In this document: positions 55,584 through 64,000 of the stretch, in pieces | How positions within the stretch are numbered: the first letter of the stretch is position 1 | How the letters are laid out: each line of letters starts with the position of its first letter | NCBI GenBank assembly: GCA_964016885.1 | Contig: OZ024748.1 | Span: 372,001 to 436,000, forward strand | DNA from: Eledone cirrhosa | Lineage: Eukaryota | Direction: 5' to 3' | Length of the DNA: 64,000 bases | Notes under the pieces: generated by a model | Told to the model about the DNA's origin: nothing | Seen by the model: the letters and a program-made list of their open reading frames with translations, nothing else | Databases searched by the model: none | Made by a program: the position numbers and the translations under genes

Positions 55584-56110
55584 AGAGCTGTGTGTATATA
55601 CGTAGAGCGTTCTATCTGTTGAACCCAGAGAGTAGATAGAGCCGTGTGTATATACGTAGAGCGTTCTATCTGTTGAACCCAGAGAGCAGATAGAGCCGTG
55701 TGTATATACGTAGAGCGTTCTATCTGTTGAACCCAGAGAGCAGATAGATCCGTGTGTATATACGTAGAGCGTTCTATCTGTTGAACCTAGAGAGCAGATA
55801 GAGCCGTGTGTATATACGTAGAGCGTTCTATCTGTTGAACACAGAGAGTAGATAGAGCCGTATGTATATACGTAGAGCGTTCTATCTGTTGAACCCAGAG
55901 AGTAGATAGAGCCGTGTGTATATACGTAGAGCGTTCTATCTGTTGAACCCAGAGAGCAGATAGAGCCGTGTGTATATACGTAGAGCGTTCTATCTGTTGA
56001 ACCCAGAGAGCAGATAGAGCCGTGTGTATATACGTAGAGCGTTCTATCTGTTGAACCCAGAGAGCAGATAGAGCCGTGTGTATATGCGTAGAGCGTTCTA
56101 TCTGTTGAAC
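55584..56110 (+). repeat. 54-bp minisatellite (~10 copies) plus a stray unit at ~56468-56508
   Basis: Unit gagccgtgtgtatatacgtagagcgttctatctgttgaacccagagagcagata. Confidence 0.95.
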
Positions 56111-56139
56111 TCAGTGAACAGAGAGAGGCAGAACAAATT

Positions 56140-56460
56140 CAGTGTACCCCGGCCTTCGCGGTTCCGACTATTCGCGGAATTTTCCTTGAAACCTAAATTG
56201 TTCGTGGAAACCACCGCATATACGCGGAATCATAAATATCTTCCACGTTTTTTAATGGCTTTTTTCGTGGCAATATATATATTTTTCACGCTTTTTAACG
56301 CTAAATTAGTAACAACAATATAGCGTTTTTACCAGTCTATATTTTACGTTATGTTTTGACATTTATAGGCATTTTTATGGAACACGTTCAATATTCGCGG
56401 GTTTTCACTATTCGCGGATGCTCTAGGAACGTAACCCCTGCGAATACCGGGGGACAACTG
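56140..56460. mobile_element. Tigger/pogo-type MITE
   Basis: CAGTGTACCCCGG...CCGGGGGACAACTG-TA termini with internal TATTCGCGG repeats. Confidence 0.65.
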
Positions 56461-56739
56461 TACCACAAAGCATTCTATCTGTTGATCTCAGAGAGCAGAT
56501 AGAACCGTAACAAATACAGTACATCATTCTATCTGACGTCCTAACGACTCTGCCAATTCGCCGCCATGTCTTTTTTTAAATTTTACATGCTAGAAACTAG
56601 ATTGACCATTGCTCACTTCTTTTTAAAACAAAACAAAACAAGAACTCGATATGGTGGGGGATTTTAGGGGTATTTAATTGATATATTTAGCCGATTGATT
56701 GATTATGTTGAGGCACCATTATCGGCTGAAGTTACTGCT

Positions 56740-57401
56740 CCTTCTATTGTTGTTGGTGTTGTTGTTGTTGTAACTATTGCAGTTAGTGCTGCCATGACTA
56801 CAAGCCATCTGGTTGTTGTTGTTGTTATTGTTGTTATTATTGTTGCACTTATTGTTGTTGTGATTATTGTTATTGTTGCTGTTGTTGTTGTTGTTGGTGT
56901 TGTTATCGTTGTTGTTAGTGTTGTTGTTGTTGTGACTATTGCAATTAGTGGAGCTATGACTACTGGCGTTGTTGTTGTTGTTATTGTTGTTGCTGTTGTA
57001 ACTATTGCAGTTAGTGCAGCTATGACTAATAGCGTTGTTGTTGTTGTTATTGTTGTTGTTGCTGTTATTGTTGTTATTGATTTTCTTGTTGTTGCAACCA
57101 TTGCAGTTAGTGCAGCAATTACTATAAACAATATTATTATTGTTACTGCATTTAGTGCAACCATGACTACTGGCAATTTTGTTGTTGTTGTTGTTGATGT
57201 TGTTATTGTTGTTGTTGTAACTACTGCAGTTGATGCAGCTAGTGCGCCTGTTACTACTGCTACTGTTGTTGTTGTTGTTGTTGTTGTTGCTGTTCATGGT
57301 GTTATTGTTGTTATTGTAGCTACTGCAGTTGGTGCAGCTAGTGCACCTGTTACTGCTGCTACTGTTGTTGTTGTTATTGATGTTGATGTTGTTGTTAGTG
57401 A

Positions 57402-57432
<31 letters not shown>

Positions 57433-57433
57433 A

Positions 57434-57468
<35 letters not shown>

Positions 57469-57470
57469 AC
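56740..57470. repeat. (GTT)n-based compound repeat with a recurring actattgcagttagtgc motif
   Basis: Read directly from the sequence. Confidence 0.85.
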
Positions 57471-57552
57471 AGTATGCAGTGCAATAATAAGGAGGAAATT
57501 GGCAAGGTGTGCAGTGTAGCAGCATAATTGCAGATAATTATCAGTTAGTTGT

Positions 57553-57623
<71 letters not shown>

Positions 57624-57692
57624 GTACATATATATATGCATGTATGTATATATATGTATATAAATATATATGTATGTATATATGTATATATA

Positions 57693-58200
57693 CATAAACC
57701 AAAAAAGAGGTATAAGGGTTCCTTGAAAGCCTCTTTGAAAGACGCTAACATCTCTGCTGATACATGGGAAAATATTGCTGCTGATCGTAATAAATGGAGA
57801 AAGACTGTATATGAGGGAAAAGTTACCTTTGATGCATCTCGAATCGCATACGAGAAAGTAAAGCGGGATGTGAGGAAGGGCATTGCTGTTGCACTTCCAG
57901 ACGGCGAGGGTCCTCCTATGGTGCTGACATGCAGCGTCTGTGCGAGACTCTGCCTAAGCAAAGCTGGACTCAAAAGTCATCTTCGCAGTCATAAAGTAAG
58001 ACCAGTGGTTGACTACCAGGCTGCTGTTGGAGATGCTACTCATCATGCTTGCCAAGCATGTGGTAGAGAATGTAAATCAGCAGGAGGGCTCAAGAGACAT
58101 GCAAAAGTACATGAACTCCAACCACAGCCGGCTATTCCCAGTGAATGTTTTGGTTACCGACTCTGTGCAAGACATTTTAGATTAAAGGAAATGTTAAGCC
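57693..58200 (+). mobile_element. RTE/BovB-like LINE ORF C-terminus with C2H2 zinc fingers
   Basis: KPKKRYKGSLKASLK...WENIAADRNKWR, CSVCARLC..AGLKSHLRSH and CQACGREC..AGGLKRHAKVH. Confidence 0.8.
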
Positions 58201-58701
58201 ATTCCACATTGCCGTTAAAAAGAATTTCGGACTCCAGAAGGCTGCGTGTTCGAATCACGTCGGGGTCACCAATAAAGGAAAGTGATGTTTCTCTTTGTCG
58301 AATAAATAAATGCACAATCAAGTCTAACAATCATTTTATTTAATGCAATAATTTAGTAAATTTCCTACAACGTCAATATTTTGAGGAGCGGGTCTTTCCA
58401 CGTCTGTTCATGTCCGTGGTCCAAAAAGAGTGTGTGAACCTGTGGCTGTGTCCGGGTGTATTTTTGCCTCCCTTCCCTGAAGGGTTGTTAAGGGGAGGCA
58501 ACTGCTAGCTACCAAGCGACCATCTCAGCCACTACAAGATCATTGGCTGGGCTAAAAAGCCACATTCGATCGCAGCGCTGTTAGTTGCTATCGTGTGTGT
58601 GTGTATAGGTATGTTTATGTGTGTGCGTGTGTGTATATATATGTATATGTATATTATTATTATTGTTGTTGCCGTTATTATTATTGTTGTTTTGGCAGTA
58701 A

Positions 58702-58890
58702 GGGCGGTGGATTGGCAGTATCGGTAGAGGGTCGGACGCCATGCTTTCCAGCATAGTTACGTCCCTTTACGATCTGAGTTCAAATCCCGCCGAGGTTGAC
58801 TTTGCCTTTCATCCTTACGGGGTCGATAAAATAAAGTACCAGTAATGCACTGGGTAATTGCTGGCCTTGTGCCTAAAGTAGAAACAATTA
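58702..58890 (+). mobile_element. Full-length tRNA-derived SINE (representative; >20 copies or fragments, e.g. 1053-1222, 2572-2756, 3985-4175, 29680-30060, 31958-32260, 36320-36650, 39050-39230, 54441-54628)
   Basis: Pol III A-box and B-box, conserved central block, (ATT)n tail. Confidence 0.88.
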
Positions 58891-58962
58891 TTATTATTAT
58901 TATTGTTATTAATGTATATCTGTGTATGTATATATATATATGTGTGTATATATGTATATGTA

Positions 58963-58997
<35 letters not shown>

Positions 58998-59175
58998 TTC
59001 TTTTTTTTATTTTATTTTATTTTTTATTTATTAATATTCTTTTTTCTTCTGGTGCATTGGCCATGCTCGATAACGAGGGGGCAGCCATCATATATATATA
59101 TATGTATATATAGTAATAATAATAAATTTGAAGACTAAAATCTAAAGAGGGCTCGATAAGGATAAATATATATAC

Positions 59176-59752
59176 CGCCCCACAACACACTAGACTGCAC
59201 TATACAACTTTAAACTACACTATACCACACCACAACACACCTCACTACACTACACTATACTACACCACACTACACTTTACTACACCACACCACACTACAC
59301 TACACTTTATAACACTACACTACACTTTATAATCTACACTACACAACACTACGCTATACTGCACCACACAACACTATAATACACTATACTACATCACACC
59401 ACACAACACTATAATACACTACACTATACTACACTACACTACACTTTACTTCACAATACTAAACTACACTACACTACATAACACTACGCTAAACTGCACC
59501 ACACAACACTATAATACAATACACTATACTACATCACACAACACTACACAACACTACACAACACTACACTATACTGCACAACACAACACTATAATACACT
59601 ACACTATACTACACCACACTGCACTACACTATACTACACCACGCTATACTTTACTACACAACACCACACCACACAACACTATAATACACTATACTACACT
59701 ATATTACACCACACAACACTACACTATACTGTACTACACTATAATACACAAT
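59176..59752. repeat. (ACACT)n pentanucleotide satellite
   Basis: Read directly from the sequence. Confidence 0.9.
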
Positions 59753-59841
59753 TTTACAAATAAAGACGTCCTTTTATCTCTTCCACTGAAATCTACGTTG
59801 TATTTATTTAGTTTTGGCAGACGACCAGGAGAAGAGAGCAG

Positions 59842-60820
59842 CAGATCAAACTGGTTATATTTCACAGTACGCAGTTAACTCTTACAGATCAAACTGGTTA
59901 TATTTCACAGTACACAGTTAACTATTACATATCAAGCTGGATATATTTCACAGTACACAGTTAACTCTTACATATCAAACTGGTTATATTTCACAGTACA
60001 CAGTTAACTCTTACAGATCAAACTGGTTATATTTCACAGTACACAGTTAACTCTTACAGATCAAACTGGATATATTTCACAGTACACAGTTAACTCTTAC
60101 AGATCAAACTGGATATATTTCACAGTACACAGTTAACTCTTACAGACCAAACTGGTTATATTTCACAGTACACAGTTAACTATTACACATCAAACTGGAT
60201 ATATTTCACAGTACACAGTTAACTCTTACAGATCAAACTGGTTATATTTCACAGTACACAGTGAACTCTTACAGATCAAACTGGATATATTTCACAGTAC
60301 ACAGTTAACTCTTACATATCAAACTGGATATATTTCACAGTACACAGTTAACTCTTACAGATCAAACAGGATATATTTCACAGTACACAGTTAACTCTTA
60401 CAGATCAAACTGGATATATTTCACAGTACACAGTTAACTCTTACAGATCAAACTGGTTATATTCCACAGTACACAGTTAACTCTTACAGATCAAATTGGA
60501 TATATTTCACAGTACACAGTTAACTCTTACAGATCAAACTGGTTATATTTCACAGTACACAGTTAACTCTTACAGATCAAACTGGTTATATTTCACAGTA
60601 CACAGTTAACTCTTACAGATCAAACTGGTTATATTTCACAGTACACAGTTAACTCTTACAGATCAAACTGGATATATTTCACAGTACACAGTTAACTCTT
60701 ACAGATCAAACTGGTTATATTTCACAGTACACAGTTAACTCTTGCAGATCAAACTGGTTATATTTCACAGTACACAGTGAACTCTTACAGATCAAACTGG
60801 ATATATTTCACAGTACACAC
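59842..60820 (+). repeat. 43-bp minisatellite (~22-23 highly similar copies)
   Basis: Unit cagatcaaactggttatatttcacagtacacagttaactctta. Confidence 0.96.
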
Positions 60821-61083
60821 TGATATATTACATGACACACTGATATATTATATATTACACACTGTTAACTCTCATAGTACACACTGTTAACTTTTACACA
60901 GCACACTACTAACTCTAACACTACAACATGGTATATTTCACAATATATACTTAAATACTTGATGAAGTAATTGTATGTCAACAGTTTTGCATAACATGGG
61001 GCAATTAACAATACATGGGACTTTTATTATATTTCTAAGTTGTTATTATTAATTTTTTATTGCTACCACATATAACACCAGGA

Positions 61084-61415
61084 CCACCATCACTACCTTT
61101 ACGACGACCACCACCACCATCACTACCATTACGACGACCACCACCATCACTACCATTACCACCACCACCACCACCACCACCACCATCACTACCATTACCA
61201 CCACCACCACCACCACCACCACCATCACTACCATTACCACCACCTCCATCACTACCTTTACGACCACCACCACCATCACTACCATTACGACGACGACCAC
61301 CACCACCACCATCACTACCACTACCACCACCTCCATCACTACCATTACCACCACCACCTCCATCACTACCATTACAGCACCTTCATCACTACCTTTACCA
61401 CCACCACCACCATCA
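61084..61415. repeat. (CAC/CAT)n compound trinucleotide repeat
   Basis: Read directly from the sequence. Confidence 0.9.
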
Positions 61416-61556
61416 TTCAAAGGAATATAAATTAAAATAATGTTACATAATATAATGTTCCATATATTAGTTTTTACTATGGTGCCTTTCATCAGCTGTC
61501 AGCCATAATCAAGCAGTACTCATCTATCGAGGCTGCATTGTGTGAGATCTGCCTAT

Positions 61557-61617
<61 letters not shown>

Positions 61618-61642
61618 TATATATACATATATATATATATAC

Positions 61643-61735
<93 letters not shown>

Positions 61736-62023
61736 CAAATAACGAAACGAAATTAAATTTCGTTTCGTTTGTAACTCACTTTTGTATGACTGACGCTTAA
61801 ACAATTAAGTTAAAAATGTACATCCACATATGTATACTGAAATACTAGTATGCATATGAATACACACACGTGTACATATGTAGATGTACCGAGTTTTTCA
61901 CTGGTCACTTTACTGTGAGTGTCCAGCTATTCTGTATGTAAACACACAGACAAACCGGTTTTTAGAGTCATACTGGTTTTTGAGGAAACACCTTTCCTCT
62001 ATTCTCCAGAAAGCCAGACAAGG

Positions 62024-62068
62024 AATATTGGACTAGTTTCGATGTTGTTACATCTCATCAGCAATATT
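62024..62068 (-). ncRNA. Minimal type-I hammerhead ribozyme with a fully canonical core
   Basis: Reverse complement reads aatattg CTGATGA gatgt-aaca-acatc GAAA CTAG TC caatatt: 7-bp stem I, 5-bp stem II closed by G-C, GUC triplet. Confidence 0.82.
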
Positions 62069-63143
62069 TACCTATATATATAAAGGGAAGATGGACATTG
62101 TTTAGTCTACCGAACTTGCCTGCTACACCGTTCATCCAATTTTCTTGAAACCTCACACATATATAAAACTCAACGCGTAGAGTGGAATAGGCTACTTGAA
62201 ATTTTCGAAAAATGGATAATCGGGCCCTATGACAGAATGTTTTTCGATTCCAATGAAATTTTATGTGAATTCGAACACAAGAACTCTTAGTTTACATCTG
62301 GCGCAATAAAAATAAATTTCATATGCCCATATAAGGACGTTCGTTATTGATTGGACGGCCAGCTGCATGTTTTCCCAGCTGTCTCAGGAAACGACCGACC
62401 ATTAAAGAGTTTCTTTTCATATTCCACCTTATTCAAGTGGAAATACAGTATTATCCCTATCTGAAAAGGGAACCAAATTTAATGGTGTCTTTTGTGAACC
62501 TAAAAGCTGTGAGTAAATTTTCAAACAGTCTTAAATAATCATGCTTTTTGAAAAAAAAATTACTAAATAATACGTTGACCAAGTTGTGTTGTACACATAC
62601 AATACAAGTAAAAAAATTTACGTCGTACCAATGTTTTCCTTTTTTAAACAAAAGATTCTAAAAAATTACTTAATTTATAATACAGTCTTTTGCACAGGAA
62701 GTGAGTAACTTTTCGGGTGTTTAAACGTAAGTTCACTATGGTTTGTGTCTTCATTATTAGCCCACCTATAATGGCATTTTTTGTTCTGCTTACGACTAAA
62801 TGTTATGAGCGTATTTGCAATTAATTGCGCACACGTGCACACCTGCATGCAGATAGACACTGACAGCCAATAAAAAATCGATAACTTGCTTATTAAGATA
62901 TCGGTCAAAAAGAGAGATTGAATGTACTTTAGAACATTTTTTGAATATATTGTTCTTTTTGGCATGATATGTCAGAAATATAGCTACTATACACTTTGGT
63001 TATTTTTTGTATCTAAAAAACGGTTCCTTTTGGGTGGATACTTAACGAGAAAAATCCTAGGGTTTTGGACAAGTTTGTTTCAGGCGCTGTATAGACGCCT
63101 ATTTTGTCACACCTTGGTCATGAATTCGTATTCTTTTCCAATA

Positions 63144-63400
63144 GATATTTTCCGCTCTATAAGGCTCACCAGGATATAAGGCGTATCATTTAAAATCAGG
63201 TCCGCGCAACGGCGTGTAAGGCCAACCAGAAAATGCTATCTTCTTTACTTTTAGTCTAGATCTATTACTTCTGTTAGAGCCGTGATTGATTACCATTGTA
63301 TTATTTATACATAAGGCTCACCGGAGTATAAAGCGCAGAGCTGTTTTTTTAATTAAATTTAATTATTTTAAGTGCAATTTATAGACGGGAAAATTCGGTA
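63144..63400. mobile_element. Tc2/pogo-like MITE remnant nested in the Helitron 5' region
   Basis: ATTTTCCGCTCTATAAGGC...TTATAGACGGGAAAATTCGG-TA with internal TATAAGGC repeats. Confidence 0.55.
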
Positions 63401-63522
63401 AGTTATTGTAATCATATTTCCAAACCTTCCCATTCACCAGTAACCATGCTAACGAATCTGGAGTCATCTCTCTCTGTATTTAATCACCTCTCTCTAACCT
63501 AACAGCTTCGTTACACGTCGTT

Positions 63523-64000
63523 ATGCCCACACGGAAACGTTCAAGACTTACCTCCAAAAAACGTACAGCTATTGCTTTGAGACAACGAATTAGGCGTTCT
63601 CAGGTATGAGTTCATTCACAATTGATTAATCCTTTATGCAATATTCTCCCTTAATGTTAGCAAGTACTGCGTTTATCCTAACTGTCACCACTTTTAAGCA
63701 ACTACAACATTCTAATCGTAGTTATATTAAATTTATTGTCTTACCTTGATTCCCTTTTGTTAATGTTAGACTTTTCTCATTTACTATTGACACTGCCATT
63801 GGCTTAGCTAACCAGCAGAATTCATTAATTTTCTCTAGGAAACACCTGCTGAGCACAAATCTCGACTCGCTGATAGACGTCTTTCTCGGCTGGTTGAGTC
63901 ACCAACATCACGTACGACAAGGCTTGCTGATGTTCGCCTTCGTCGCCAACAAGCGCTGACGGAGGAATCACCAACATCCCGTCAGACGAGGCTTGAGGCT
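63523..64000 (+). CDS. Spliced ORF start (63523-63603, then 63839 to beyond the window): basic N-terminus plus STPR-like repeats, probable Helitron RepHel N-terminus
   Basis: MPTRKRSRLTSKKRTAIALRQRIRRSQ|ETPAEHKSRLADRRLSRLVESPTSRTTRLADVRLRRQQALTEESPTSRQTRLEA; CAG|GTATGA donor, GCTAAC branch point, ttctctag acceptor, phase 0. Confidence 0.65.

Larger units (their letters stand above)
62071..64000 (+). mobile_element. 5' end of a Helitron, continuing past the window end
   Basis: CTATATATATAAAG start and ..ccaattttcttgaaac..gaataggcta sub-terminal pattern typical of animal Helitron 5' ends, followed by a spliced STPR-repeat ORF. Confidence 0.6.

Noticed and set aside
56695-57525. Val-, Thr- and Asn-rich ORFs with repeated CTNCNS motifs
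   Set aside because: Open in several frames because of the (GTT)n repeat; no recognisable domain or splice support.
58702-58800. tRNA gene
   Set aside because: A and B boxes are present, but the sequence continues into a high-copy SINE body and tail and has no clean cloverleaf.
59842-60820. 43-bp and 54-bp arrays as CRISPR-like loci
   Set aside because: Units are head-to-tail with no unique spacers, there are no cas genes, and the context is eukaryotic.

Overview
Eukaryotic, AT-rich, extremely repeat-dense genomic DNA. The SINE/LINE/(TA)n landscape suggests a coleoid cephalopod such as octopus (inference). There are two host genes in divergent orientation. One is a complete 12-exon mitochondrial serine hydroxymethyltransferase (SHMT2; + strand, 31207-47451, 500 aa). 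The other is the first coding exon of a mitochondrial-type alanine aminotransferase (GPT2-like; - strand, 12666-12908), whose remaining exons lie outside the window. The rest is mobile DNA: RTE, Tx1/L1, CR1 and CRE-type LINE remnants, Penelope-like elements (PLEs), a Buster-type hAT with intact TIRs and TSD, several MITE families, more than 20 copies of a tRNA-derived SINE, minisatellites, long (TA)n arrays, and the 5' end of an intron-containing Helitron. The most striking signal the ORF track misses is a set of at least nine minimal type-I hammerhead ribozyme motifs from several sequence families. Most lie in short non-coding fold-back units next to (TA)n tracts; one is in sense orientation about 840 nt after the SHMT2 stop codon. 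Most ORFs in the track (YIYI, poly-V/T/N) are microsatellite artefacts. All calls were made by eye, with no database searches.
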